DNA of 64,000 nt from Candidatus Omnitrophota bacterium (GTDB taxonomy: Bacteria > Omnitrophota > Gorgyraeia > Zapsychrales > Zapsychraceae): assembly GCA_029261065.1 (NCBI GenBank), contig JAJDCB010000030.1, positions 132,876-196,875 of the forward strand, written 5' to 3'. A program made the translations under genes and the position numbers. This document shows positions 19,671-29,057 of the stretch, in pieces (position 1 is the first letter of the stretch; each line of letters begins with the position of its first letter). The notes beneath the pieces were generated by a model. The model saw only the letters and a program-made list of their open reading frames with translations, made no database searches and was not told the origin of the DNA.

Positions 19671-20354
19671 ATGGGTTTCTTAGGTTTTATATTTACAGTC
19701 TTAACACTCATCATTGCTTTTGCACTGCTTGTGGCTGTTTTCTTTCCACAAGAAGTTAAGTCAACACGCGAAAAAGATCCAGCGGCTAAAGGGTACTTGG
19801 AGATTGTGTTGTTGTACCCAGGCTTACATGCCTTAATTTCTCATCGGATATGTCATTGCCTTTGGAATATGAAAATTCCTTTAATACCACGTATCTTCTC
19901 TCAAATAACACGCCTTTTTACAGGTATTGAAATCCATCCTGGCGCGCAAATTGGTAAGGGTTTGTTTATTGATCATGGGATGGGTGTTGTGATTGGGGAG
20001 ACTGTGATTATTGGATCTGATGTCACTTTATTTCAAGGCGTCACGTTAGGTGGGACAGGTAAACAAACGGGGAAGCGTCATCCAACATTAGAAGACAATG
20101 TTGTTGTTGGAGCGGGAGCTAAAGTGCTTGGTAATATTACGATTGGTACAGGTTCTTATGTTGGGGCCAATGCCGTTGTGATTCGAGATGTTCCAGCACA
20201 GTCAACAGTTGTTGGTGTGCCTGGGCATGTGACAAAGAAAGATGGTAAGAAAGTCGATATTATGGATCACGTGCATGTATCTGATCCTATCATGCAGCAT
20301 ATGAAAGATGTGTTAAAACGTATTAAGAGTCTTGAAGATAAAAAAGAAAATTAA
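19671..20354 (+). CDS. cysE: Serine O-acetyltransferase CysE (start codon uncertain)
   Basis: 'DPAAKGYLEIVLLYPGLHALISHRICHCLW...GIEIHPGAQIGKGLFIDHGMGVVIGETVIIG' is colinear with B. subtilis CysE. The 25 hydrophobic residues after the ATG at 19671 are atypical. An in-frame GTG near 19734 may be the true start. Confidence 0.85.
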   Translation: MGFLGFIFTVLTLIIAFALLVAVFFPQEVKSTREKDPAAKGYLEIVLLYPGLHALISHRICHCLWNMKIPLIPRIFSQITRLFTGIEIHPGAQIGKGLFIDHGMGVVIGETVIIGSDVTLFQGVTLGGTGKQTGKRHPTLEDNVVVGAGAKVLGNITIGTGSYVGANAVVIRDVPAQSTVVGVPGHVTKKDGKKVDIMDHVHVSDPIMQHMKDVLKRIKSLEDKKEN

Positions 20355-20383
20355 GCCCAATTGGGATATCATAAATTTGTATT

Positions 20384-21787
20384 ATGTCTGTTTCCATTTA
20401 CAATTCTCTCACCAAAAAAAAAGAACCGCTGGTTCCTATTGATGGTAAAACGATAAAGATGTACTCCTGTGGCGTGACGGTTTACGACCATTGTCATATA
20501 GGACATGCCCGCAGTCTTTACATATTTAATGTTATCATTACCTACCTTAGATATCGAAAATATGATGTGCATTTCGTGCGTAACATTACAGATGTCGATG
20601 ACAAAATTATTAATAAAGCGATCGAATTAAAAAAAGAAGCTCGTGTTGTTTCGGAGGAGAATATTGAATCTTATTATCAAGACTTAAAGTCTTTAGGGAT
20701 TGCCAAAGCTGATAAGGAGCCTAAGGCTACAGAGAATATTGATGGCATGATTACGATGATTGAATCCCTTATCGAAAAAGGCTTTGCTTATGATGTGGAT
20801 GGTGATGTGTATTTTAATATTCGTCAGTTTAAAACATATGGAAAGCTCTCCGGTCAGAGTATTGAGAAAATGATGGATGCGGTGCGTATTGAGGCGGATG
20901 CTAAGAAAAAAGATCCTCTTGATTTTGCGTTATGGAAAAAATCTAAACAGGGTGAACCATCCTGGGAGAGTCCTTGGGGAGCTGGTCGGCCTGGGTGGCA
21001 TATTGAGTGTTCATGTATGAGTTTAAAACACTTAAATTGTGAAACGTTAGATATTCATGCGGGGGGGCGCGATTTAATCTTTCCCCATCATGAAAATGAA
21101 ATTGCTCAAGCGGAAGCCGCAACAGGGAAACCGTTCGCCAAATATTGGATTCATCATGGTTTGCTAACCATCCGTGGACAAAAAATGGCTAAGTCGTTGG
21201 GTAATTTTATTACAATTAAGGATGCTTTAGAAAAATATAGCGTTGATCAATTAAAGATGTTTTATCTTACATCTCATTATGCGAGTCCTATTGATTTTAC
21301 TGAAGAGAAAATGGAGGAAGCAAATAAGGTTTTAGAGCGATTTCAAATATTGTTTCACAAAACGAAGAACATTGTTTCAGATCCTGCGTTAAATCCTGTT
21401 ACCGCTGACTTTATAGATCAGCATAAAAAAAGTTTCATTGAAGCGATGGACGATGACTTTAACACCGCACGCGGTTTGGCTTCTTTATTTGAGTTGCTCA
21501 ATGATACGAATAAGTTTCTTGATCAAAAGAAAGATAATGATAAGTATCAAGAAATTGTCCTTTGTGCTGTTTTGGCTATTAAAGAGTTTGCTACTGAAGT
21601 CTTTGGTTTGTTTGCATCAGAAAAAGAAGAACAGCTTACGGAAGAAGAAGCTCGTTTGATTGATGAGAGAAAAGCAGCTAGAGAAGATAAAGATTTTAAA
21701 CGATCCGATGAGTTGCGTGATCTGCTTAAGTCTAAAGGTATTAGCGTCGAGGATACGAAAGAAGGGCAAATTTGGAGAAGGGGATGA
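20384..21787 (+). CDS. cysS: Cysteinyl-tRNA synthetase
   Basis: HIGH motif 'CHIGHARSL', KMSKS motif 'KMAKSLGN' and zinc-binding Cys residues, 467 aa. Confidence 0.95.
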   Translation: MSVSIYNSLTKKKEPLVPIDGKTIKMYSCGVTVYDHCHIGHARSLYIFNVIITYLRYRKYDVHFVRNITDVDDKIINKAIELKKEARVVSEENIESYYQDLKSLGIAKADKEPKATENIDGMITMIESLIEKGFAYDVDGDVYFNIRQFKTYGKLSGQSIEKMMDAVRIEADAKKKDPLDFALWKKSKQGEPSWESPWGAGRPGWHIECSCMSLKHLNCETLDIHAGGRDLIFPHHENEIAQAEAATGKPFAKYWIHHGLLTIRGQKMAKSLGNFITIKDALEKYSVDQLKMFYLTSHYASPIDFTEEKMEEANKVLERFQILFHKTKNIVSDPALNPVTADFIDQHKKSFIEAMDDDFNTARGLASLFELLNDTNKFLDQKKDNDKYQEIVLCAVLAIKEFATEVFGLFASEKEEQLTEEEARLIDERKAAREDKDFKRSDELRDLLKSKGISVEDTKEGQIWRRG

Positions 21788-22404
21788 AAGGGTATTTTAT
21801 CACGTTTGAAGGATCAGAAGGGTCTGGGAAAAGTACACAGATTAATCTAATCCACAAATATTTAAAGAAAAGGGAAGTCCCTGTCGTCTTTGTGCGTGAG
21901 CCTGGTGGTGTAAAAATTAGTGAGAAGATTCGTAATCTGTTATTAGATGTGAAGAATGAGGTGATGTGTCAACAATCAGAAACGTTATTGTATATGGCGG
22001 CTCGTGCACAATTGGTTTGCGAAATTATTGAACCTGCGTTAAAAAAAGGGGAGGTTGTTTTGTGCGATCGTTATCTTGATTCAACGGTTGTGTATCAAGG
22101 TTATGGTAGTGGTGTTGATATTGATTTTATTAAAACAATCGGTGCCTTTGCTACACGTTCTATTACACCAGACTTAACATTTATTTTTGATATTGATGCC
22201 AAGGAAGGATTATCCAGAATTAATCGAGCCAAAGATCGCATTGAACAGCGTAATATTAGTTATCACAATCGTGTGCGCAAAGGCTATCAAGAGCTCGCGC
22301 GTTTAGAGCCACAAAGAGTCAAGTTGTTAAAGGGAAATGATAAAAAAGAAGATATTCAACAGCAGGTCTGCGCGCATGTTAGCGCATTGTTGGGATTAAA
22401 ATGA
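21784..22404 (+). CDS. tmk: Thymidylate kinase
   Basis: P-loop 'EGSEGSGKSTQ', 'DRY' motif, about 206 aa. It has an ATGA overlap with the cysS stop. Confidence 0.85.
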   Translation: MKGYFITFEGSEGSGKSTQINLIHKYLKKREVPVVFVREPGGVKISEKIRNLLLDVKNEVMCQQSETLLYMAARAQLVCEIIEPALKKGEVVLCDRYLDSTVVYQGYGSGVDIDFIKTIGAFATRSITPDLTFIFDIDAKEGLSRINRAKDRIEQRNISYHNRVRKGYQELARLEPQRVKLLKGNDKKEDIQQQVCAHVSALLGLK

Positions 22405-23375
22405 TCAAACAAGAGTTTCTCATCGAACAATCCGTAATCCAGAAGTTTAAAACGTTGAAAAAAAACAACCGTATGGCACACGCTTATCTATTTGTCGGCC
22501 CAAGAGGCTCTGGTAAAAAAGAGACGTCTGTTGCTTTGGCTAAAGCCTTAAATTGCGAAGAGCATGCAAAGAGGGATGATTTTTTATTCTGTGATCGTTG
22601 TCCTGCTTGTATGAAAATGAACACAGAACAGCACCCTGATGTTCATATGATTGATAATGGATTTAAAGAAAAGATTAAAATAGAACAAATTAGGGGTATT
22701 ATTAGCCAAATGCGATTAATGCCTTTTATGTCAGAACGGAAGATGTTTATTATCAACCATATAGAGAACTTCACGTTGGAAAGCTCAAACGCTCTATTAA
22801 AGACATTAGAGGAGCCCTCAGCTAAGACATTGTTAATTTTAACAACATCTGTGCCTGAGAAGATTTTAGCGACTATTAAATCCAGGTGTCATCCCGTGGC
22901 TTTTCACGCGCTACCCAACTCTGAGCTTGCTAAGCGGCTTAATCAGTACTATGATGAGAGCATTCTAGACGCTAAAATGTTGTCTCATTTTAGTGATGGT
23001 TCTTTGGGAAAAGCCGTAGAATTGAAAGAAAAGAACTTTTTAGCGTTAAAAGATAGTTATCTTGATGAATTTTTGTTTTCTTATGACAGTGAGAATTTTA
23101 TTAAAAAATTGTTAGCTGATAAAGAAAACATTTATGATTTTTTAAATGTGCTATTTAGTTGGGTTCGAGATGCGATTTTGGTTAAGGCTGGTGTTGAAGA
23201 TGAGCGGCTTATTCATCAAAATCGTATTCAAGATATTCATATGTTTCAGATCAAGTTTACGTTTCAAGAGTTGAATGATCTCAGTCATGAAATCACACGT
23301 GTTTATAAATTAGTTGAAGACAACTTTAATCTAAAAATACCACTTCTTATTATTAAAGAGAAATTGCATAAATAG
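22401..23375 (+). CDS. holB: DNA polymerase III delta' subunit HolB
   Basis: AAA+ clamp-loader fold with 'GPRGSGKK', a zinc module 'CEEH..CDRCPAC' and 'LKTLEEP' (SRC-like). It lies between tmk and the PSP1 gene as in Firmicutes. Confidence 0.8.
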   Translation: MIKQEFLIEQSVIQKFKTLKKNNRMAHAYLFVGPRGSGKKETSVALAKALNCEEHAKRDDFLFCDRCPACMKMNTEQHPDVHMIDNGFKEKIKIEQIRGIISQMRLMPFMSERKMFIINHIENFTLESSNALLKTLEEPSAKTLLILTTSVPEKILATIKSRCHPVAFHALPNSELAKRLNQYYDESILDAKMLSHFSDGSLGKAVELKEKNFLALKDSYLDEFLFSYDSENFIKKLLADKENIYDFLNVLFSWVRDAILVKAGVEDERLIHQNRIQDIHMFQIKFTFQELNDLSHEITRVYKLVEDNFNLKIPLLIIKEKLHK

Positions 23376-23408
23376 CAGAAGATGGTTTTATAAAAATAGG
23401 AGCCGTTT

Positions 23409-24200
23409 ATGGGAAAAGCTGTTCAAGTAAGACTTGGAGAATACCGTCCGGCTACATTATTTGATCTTAATAACATAGAATGTGATCGAGGCGATTTTGT
23501 CGTTTTAGAAGTGGATCGCGGTTCGGAATATGGTTTGGTGATTACAGATGTTAAAAGCACTTGTAAGGGAAAGATAGAAAATACAAAGGGAAGAATTTTA
23601 CGTAAAGCCACAGAAGGCGATTTAAAACAAATAGATAATAATTCCAGTAAAGCAAAAGAAGCGTTAAGTGCCTGTGTGCGCAAAGTTACAGATCGTAAAC
23701 TTGATATGCAGATCGTAAAGGCTGAGTACACTTTTGATAGTAGCAAGATTATATTTTTTTTCACCGCTGATGGTCGTGTTGACTTTCGTAATCTTGTTAA
23801 AGATTTAGCGCGTATTTTTCGCGTTCGTATTGAGCTTAAACAAATAGGTGTCCGTGACAAAGCCAAAATTGTAAGTGGTTATGGTGTTTGTGGTCGAGAA
23901 TTGTGCTGTTCTTCTTATATGAAAGGTTTTCATCCTTTGTCGATCAAGATGGCCAAAGAGCAGGGTTTACCCCTTAATCCATCACGAATTTCTGGGGTCT
24001 GCGGGCGTATAAAATGTTGCATGGCTTATGAATTTAACGTCTATAAAGAGTTTTCGAAATCATTACCTCGTGTTGGTGAAAAAATCACTTGGACGGAGGG
24101 AAAGGGCCGCGTTATTGAGGTTAATATCCTTAAGCGGCTTGTAAGTGCGGAGATGGCGGAAGGTCATATTGTCAAAAAAGAATTTGAGATGAATGCATAG
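23409..24200 (+). CDS. PSP1 C-terminal domain protein (YaaT/RicT-like)
   Basis: 263 aa with a Cys-rich segment 'GVCGRELCCSSYM...GVCGRIKCCMAYE' typical of YaaT. It lies downstream of holB. Confidence 0.8.
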   Translation: MGKAVQVRLGEYRPATLFDLNNIECDRGDFVVLEVDRGSEYGLVITDVKSTCKGKIENTKGRILRKATEGDLKQIDNNSSKAKEALSACVRKVTDRKLDMQIVKAEYTFDSSKIIFFFTADGRVDFRNLVKDLARIFRVRIELKQIGVRDKAKIVSGYGVCGRELCCSSYMKGFHPLSIKMAKEQGLPLNPSRISGVCGRIKCCMAYEFNVYKEFSKSLPRVGEKITWTEGKGRVIEVNILKRLVSAEMAEGHIVKKEFEMNA

Positions 24201-24287
24201 TCTTTTTAGTAGGGTTACTATTGGTGTTTTAATTATATAAAACAATCTATAGTAACCTTTTTTCGTGTCAGTTGAAGAATAGAAATA

Positions 24288-24377
24288 GATTCCCGCTTTC
24301 GCGGGAACGACAGTCATTTGTCATGCGCGTTTTCACAAGAGCGACAATCACTTGTCATTCCCGCGAAAGCGGGAATC
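24288..24377. repeat. REP/MITE-like element, the T-variant of the same family, with two inverted copies of gtcattcccgcgaaagcgggaatc
   Basis: Left arm 24288..24317 is the reverse complement of (atgactgtcgttcccgcgaaagcgggaatc). Right arm 24353..24377 is gtcattcccgcgaaagcgggaatc. The stem change c->t is compensated by g->a relative to locus 19063. Confidence 0.6.
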
Positions 24378-24410
24378 AAATAATAATTTTATTACAAATT
24401 TTACTCAAAT

Positions 24411-25916
24411 ATGAAAAAGAAATTTTACATCACAACTCCCATCTACTACGTAAATGACAAACCTCACATTGGGCATGCCTACACAACGATTTTGGCTGAT
24501 GTTCTAACACGTTTTCATAAGTCTCAAGGGCAAGAAACTTTTTTTCTAACAGGACTTGATGAGCATGGGCAAAAGGTTGAACAAGCCGCTCGTGCGCGTA
24601 ATCTATCCCCCAAAGAACATTGCGACGATTTGGCTCCTCGATTCTTACAACTCTGGGAAAAATTAGAAATTCAATATGACGATTTTATTCGTACCACCGA
24701 AGCCCGTCACGTGAAGGTCGTCCAATCTGCGCTTCAACAAGCCTATGATTCTGGTGATATATATTCCGATGAATATGAAGGTTGGTATTCCGTTGCTGAG
24801 GAGCGTTTTATTACAGAGACTGAAAAAGAGTCAGGCGATTTTCGAGATGTGAAGAAGCTAAAGGAATGTAATTGGTTTTTCCGTATGAGTAAGTATCAAC
24901 AAAAGCTCCTCGATTACATAGAAGATAATCCTAGTTATATCCTACCCGAACATAGAAAGAATGAAATTCTAGGTTTTTTAAGACAACCATTATCAGATTT
25001 ATGTATTTCTCGCCCTAAAGAGCGTTTAAATTGGGGGATTGAGCTTCCTTTTGATCAGGATTATGTGACGTATGTTTGGTTTGATGCATTACTCAATTAT
25101 GTTTCTGGCTCTGGCTATTTATCAGACGATAAAAAATTTAAAGAATGTTGGCCGGCTGATATTCATCTTATTGGAAAAGATATTCTGACAACGCACGCCG
25201 TTTATTGGAGCACGATGTTGTTTTCTCTAAATATCCCGTTACCTAAATCCATTTTTGCTCACGGTTGGTGGATGCTAGATAAATCAAAGATGAGTAAGTC
25301 TTTAGGCAATGTGGTTAATCCTTTAGATTTAATTGATGAATATGGAGTCGATCCTGTTCGGTATTATTTAATGCGAGAGATGGTTTTAGGACAAGATGCG
25401 AATTTTACAATGGAATCGTTTATCAAACGTTTTAATAGTGATTTAGCTAATGATTTTGGAAATCTGCTTAATCGATTAAGTGGGTTAATAGGAAAAAATT
25501 TTGATGGATGTGTTCCAGAAGAAGGTAGTTTGACAGACGACGATCAATTGATAAAACAAGCAGCTGAGAAACTGGATAAGTCTGTAACGGAGATGGTCAA
25601 TCAATTAAAGATTAATGATGCGATTGAAGCGGTTTTGCAATTAGTGCGTATGGTAAACAAATATATGGAGGTACAAGCCCCATGGAAAGTTGCTAAAACA
25701 GATTTATCACGTGCTGGAACCATTCTTTATACAGCCGCAGAAGCCTTACGGATTTCAGCCGTACATCTTCTTCCTGTTATGCCTATAAGAGCTCAGAAAG
25801 TGTTGGATGTTTTAGGCGCTCCTAAGAGTTTGGCACAGTGGGGAGGCCTAAAAGCTGGCACCAAATTAAAAGAACACGAAGCCTTGTTTCCAAGGCTTGA
25901 GATAGATAAAGAGTAA
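24411..25916 (+). CDS. metG: Methionyl-tRNA synthetase, short form lacking the C-terminal tRNA-binding appended domain
   Basis: 'PIYYVNDKPHIGHAYTTILADV' HIGH region and 'KMSKSLGN', 501 aa. Confidence 0.95.
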   Translation: MKKKFYITTPIYYVNDKPHIGHAYTTILADVLTRFHKSQGQETFFLTGLDEHGQKVEQAARARNLSPKEHCDDLAPRFLQLWEKLEIQYDDFIRTTEARHVKVVQSALQQAYDSGDIYSDEYEGWYSVAEERFITETEKESGDFRDVKKLKECNWFFRMSKYQQKLLDYIEDNPSYILPEHRKNEILGFLRQPLSDLCISRPKERLNWGIELPFDQDYVTYVWFDALLNYVSGSGYLSDDKKFKECWPADIHLIGKDILTTHAVYWSTMLFSLNIPLPKSIFAHGWWMLDKSKMSKSLGNVVNPLDLIDEYGVDPVRYYLMREMVLGQDANFTMESFIKRFNSDLANDFGNLLNRLSGLIGKNFDGCVPEEGSLTDDDQLIKQAAEKLDKSVTEMVNQLKINDAIEAVLQLVRMVNKYMEVQAPWKVAKTDLSRAGTILYTAAEALRISAVHLLPVMPIRAQKVLDVLGAPKSLAQWGGLKAGTKLKEHEALFPRLEIDKE

Positions 25917-25932
25917 GAGGGAGAAAGGGTAG

Positions 25933-26970
25933 ATGAATTCACCTACGATTTGTTGGCAAAGAGGATGTGTTAAGTTAATTGATCAAACGAAGTTGCCAAA
26001 TAAATGTGAGTATATTATTTGTCGCGATGTAAAAACGCTTTGGAAAGCGATTAAAGTGTTAAGCGTGCGTGGAGCTCCAGCCATTGGGGTCGCGGCAGGT
26101 TTTGGTGTGTTGTTGGGGATGAAGACATTTAAGGGGGATGACTCAAAGAAGTTTCGTAAACACATTTATAAGGTGTCTGATTACATCGCAACGTCGCGTC
26201 CTACAGCCGTGAATTTGTTTAATGTTTTGGATCGTATGAAAACAGTGCTGGCGCGACACATGGATTTGTCAGTCTCTCAGTTAAAGAAAATACTTACAGA
26301 TGAAGCCTTAGCAATCTATGAAGAAGACCGTCGTGTCTGTCGCGAGATGGGGAAACATGGTGCCAGTTTAATTAAATCTGGTCAAAGTGTGATGACGGTT
26401 TGTAATGCCGGGGCTTTAGCTACCGTCGATTATGGAACGGCGTTGGGTGTGTTCTATAGTGCTAAGGAAAGTAAAAAGAAGTTTAAGGTTTATGCCTGTG
26501 AAACACGACCGCTCCTGCAAGGGGCGCGTTTAACAACATGGGAACTGCTTCGGGCAAAAATTGATACGACTCTAATTTGTGATAACATGGCCGCATCTTT
26601 AATGAAAAAGCAGCAGATAGATGCTATTTTTACAGGAGCTGATCGTATTGCCATGAATGGAGATTCCGCTAATAAAATTGGAACGTATAGTCTAGCTGTA
26701 TTAGCCAAACATCATCGTATTCCTTTCTACATCGTAGCGCCTCGATCAACATTTGATCGAAAGATTAAAACAGGTCGTGATATTCCTATCGAAGAACGTG
26801 GGCGTGAGGAAGTTATTTCTTTTGGAAATCGTCCTACAGCACCAAAAGGTGTTAAAGTTTATAATCCAGCCTTTGATGTGACGGAGAATAAGTTGATAAC
26901 GGCAATAATTACTGAGAAGGGTATTATCCACGCCCCCAATAAGCTTAAAGTTAATCAGTTGTTTTTTTGA
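25933..26970 (+). CDS. mtnA: Methylthioribose-1-phosphate isomerase / eIF-2B alpha-beta-delta family protein (MtnA-like)
   Basis: 345 aa with 'RGAPAIGVAAGFGV' and 'TGADRIAMNGDSANKIGTYSLAVLAKHHRIPFYIVAP' typical of the family. Confidence 0.7.
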   Translation: MNSPTICWQRGCVKLIDQTKLPNKCEYIICRDVKTLWKAIKVLSVRGAPAIGVAAGFGVLLGMKTFKGDDSKKFRKHIYKVSDYIATSRPTAVNLFNVLDRMKTVLARHMDLSVSQLKKILTDEALAIYEEDRRVCREMGKHGASLIKSGQSVMTVCNAGALATVDYGTALGVFYSAKESKKKFKVYACETRPLLQGARLTTWELLRAKIDTTLICDNMAASLMKKQQIDAIFTGADRIAMNGDSANKIGTYSLAVLAKHHRIPFYIVAPRSTFDRKIKTGRDIPIEERGREEVISFGNRPTAPKGVKVYNPAFDVTENKLITAIITEKGIIHAPNKLKVNQLFF

Positions 26971-27003
26971 TGCCTCATAAAAAAAGATTTATAACTTCTT
27001 ATC

Positions 27004-27918
27004 ATGCCTCAAACACTATCTCAATTCGGTGAATTTCCTTTAATAGATTTTCTTAAGAAACAAACCTTTAGAAAAAATAAAGATGTTTTAGAAGGTATCG
27101 GAGATGATACGGCAGTCGTTTCTTATACGAATGATAAGTATCTTTTATTAACGACGGATATGCTTATTGAAGGTGTCCATTTTAAAAAATCGATGGATGC
27201 TTTTTATATTGGTCATAAAGCTTTGGCTTGTAGTATCAGTGACATAGCAGCTATGGGGGGAATGCCTAAATACGCTCTAATTTCGATTGGTTTACCGGCA
27301 GGGTTAGATGTTGCGTTTGTAAAAAAAATATATGAGGGGATGAATCAATTGGCTAAGATGTTTGGCGTGAATATCGTCGGTGGAGATACGGTAAAAGGAA
27401 ATAAGATTATCATTAATGTTTCTCTCACGGGCGAGGTTAAAAAGAAAAATCTCGTTAGACGCAGTACGGCAAAGTTGGGTGATAATATTTATGTGACAGG
27501 TGCTTTGGGACGGTCTTATATAAATGGAGGGCATTTAACGTTTATTCCTCGTATTAACGATTCGCAATATCTTATTAAGCACATTAAGCCAACCGCGATG
27601 ATTGATATCTCGGATGGACTTGTGGCAGATTTAAGGCATGTGGCTAAAGCTTCAAGGCTTAAAGCAAGATTGGATCAGAGTAGAATTCCGCGCACGAAGA
27701 ATGCGACTATTAGTCATGCTTTATATGATGGAGAAGATTTTGAATTACTCTTTACTGCTTCTGCCTACAAAGATGAAAAGTTAATGCGGGCACAAACGAG
27801 GGGGATTGCATTTTTTAAAATAGGAGAAATGATAGCAGGCCGTGGGGGAGAAGTTGATATGATAGATACGAATGGAAAAATAAAAAAAGTTTTAAAAAAA
27901 GGATACATACATTTTTAA
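27004..27918 (+). CDS. thiL: Thiamine-monophosphate kinase ThiL (AIR synthase-related fold)
   Basis: 'FGEFPLIDFL...GIGDDTAVV' N-terminus, 'DISDGLVADLRHV', 304 aa. Confidence 0.85.
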   Translation: MPQTLSQFGEFPLIDFLKKQTFRKNKDVLEGIGDDTAVVSYTNDKYLLLTTDMLIEGVHFKKSMDAFYIGHKALACSISDIAAMGGMPKYALISIGLPAGLDVAFVKKIYEGMNQLAKMFGVNIVGGDTVKGNKIIINVSLTGEVKKKNLVRRSTAKLGDNIYVTGALGRSYINGGHLTFIPRINDSQYLIKHIKPTAMIDISDGLVADLRHVAKASRLKARLDQSRIPRTKNATISHALYDGEDFELLFTASAYKDEKLMRAQTRGIAFFKIGEMIAGRGGEVDMIDTNGKIKKVLKKGYIHF

Positions 27919-28379
27919 TGAAACAAACTGTTCATCATTCGAAAAGTGAGAAAGAAACGCAAAGTTTGGCAGCCAAGCTAGCAAAATTGTTAAAGGGCTC
28001 TGAGATAATTTGTTTATTTGGCGATTTAGGAGCAGGTAAGACCACCTTTGTTAAAGGCATGGCGAAAGCCTTTAAAATTGATCCCAAAACGGTTTCGAGT
28101 CCCACGTTTGTATTTTTAAATATTTATAAAGGAAAGCTACCCTTATATCATTTTGATCTCTATCGCGTGGAAGATATTGAAGATTTAGGAGGCATTGGGT
28201 ATGATGAGTTTCTATACGGCGAAGGTGTTGCTCTTGTGGAATGGGCGGATAAGTTGGGTGAATTGATGCCAAAAGAGTATCTCTCTATTGAAATTTGTCA
28301 TAAGGGAGCGGACACCCGTGATCTTAAGATTAATGCGGTAGGAGAAAAATATGATAAGCTTATCAAAGGTTTAAAGTGA
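27918..28379 (+). CDS. tsaE: tRNA threonylcarbamoyladenosine biosynthesis protein TsaE (YjeE ATPase)
   Basis: 'LFGDLGAGKTTFVKG', 'SPTFVFLNIY', 153 aa. It is followed by tsaB. Confidence 0.85.
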   Translation: MKQTVHHSKSEKETQSLAAKLAKLLKGSEIICLFGDLGAGKTTFVKGMAKAFKIDPKTVSSPTFVFLNIYKGKLPLYHFDLYRVEDIEDLGGIGYDEFLYGEGVALVEWADKLGELMPKEYLSIEICHKGADTRDLKINAVGEKYDKLIKGLK

Positions 28380-29056
28380 TGAAACTTTTAAGCATCGATA
28401 CATCATCAAAAACGTTATCTCTTGCCATTTCAAAGGGAGAGGTTATCCTTGCATACAAAAATACAGCAATCAAAAAAAATTTAGCCGATGTGTTAATGCC
28501 AAATATTTTATCTTTGTTAAAGAAAGCTGGGATGACTTTAAAGAAGTTGGATGGTTTTGTTGTCGGTTTAGGCCCGGGAAGTTTTACCGGTTTGCGTGTG
28601 GGGGTTGCTACTATTAAAGGTTTGGCGTTTGCAACAGAAAAACCTGTTGTTGGGATTTCTAGTCTAGATGTGATTGCCCAAGATGTTAAGCCTTCGGTTT
28701 CTCAAGTTTGTGTCATGGTTGATGCCCGGCGAAATTTGGTGTATTCGGCAATATTTACAAGAAAGAACGGAGTTTTAAAGAAGAGTGGTAAGTATTTATT
28801 AGCTAATTTAGAAGAGACCATTAAGCGCGTTAAAAGTCCAACGGTTTTTGTGGGAGATGGTGCTACGTTATATGAAGAGGGTATTCTAAAAGCTTTAACG
28901 AGTAATGCAGTTTGTGTTGATAAGAAAATTGTTTACCCAGATGCGCGTCGTTTAAGTTTATTGGGATTAGAACGGTTTTTGTTAAAGAATACCGATGATG
29001 TATCAAAACTTGAACCTTTATATCTTTATCCAGAGGATTGCCAAGTGAGACGGTAA
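28376..29056 (+). CDS. tsaB: tRNA threonylcarbamoyladenosine biosynthesis protein TsaB (YeaZ)
   Basis: Inactive Kae1-like ASKHA fold 'LSIDTSSKTLSLAI...GLGPGSFTGLRVGVATIKGLA', 226 aa. Confidence 0.85.
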   Translation: MMKLLSIDTSSKTLSLAISKGEVILAYKNTAIKKNLADVLMPNILSLLKKAGMTLKKLDGFVVGLGPGSFTGLRVGVATIKGLAFATEKPVVGISSLDVIAQDVKPSVSQVCVMVDARRNLVYSAIFTRKNGVLKKSGKYLLANLEETIKRVKSPTVFVGDGATLYEEGILKALTSNAVCVDKKIVYPDARRLSLLGLERFLLKNTDDVSKLEPLYLYPEDCQVRR

Positions 29057-29057
29057 T

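Noticed and set aside
24063-24457. ORFs 24063..24317 (-) and 24272..24457 (+) in the yaaT-metG spacer
   Set aside because: They run through the REP-like inverted-repeat element and translate into repeat-derived sequence ('...SRESGNQ...'). They are more likely artefacts of the palindromic repeat than genes.
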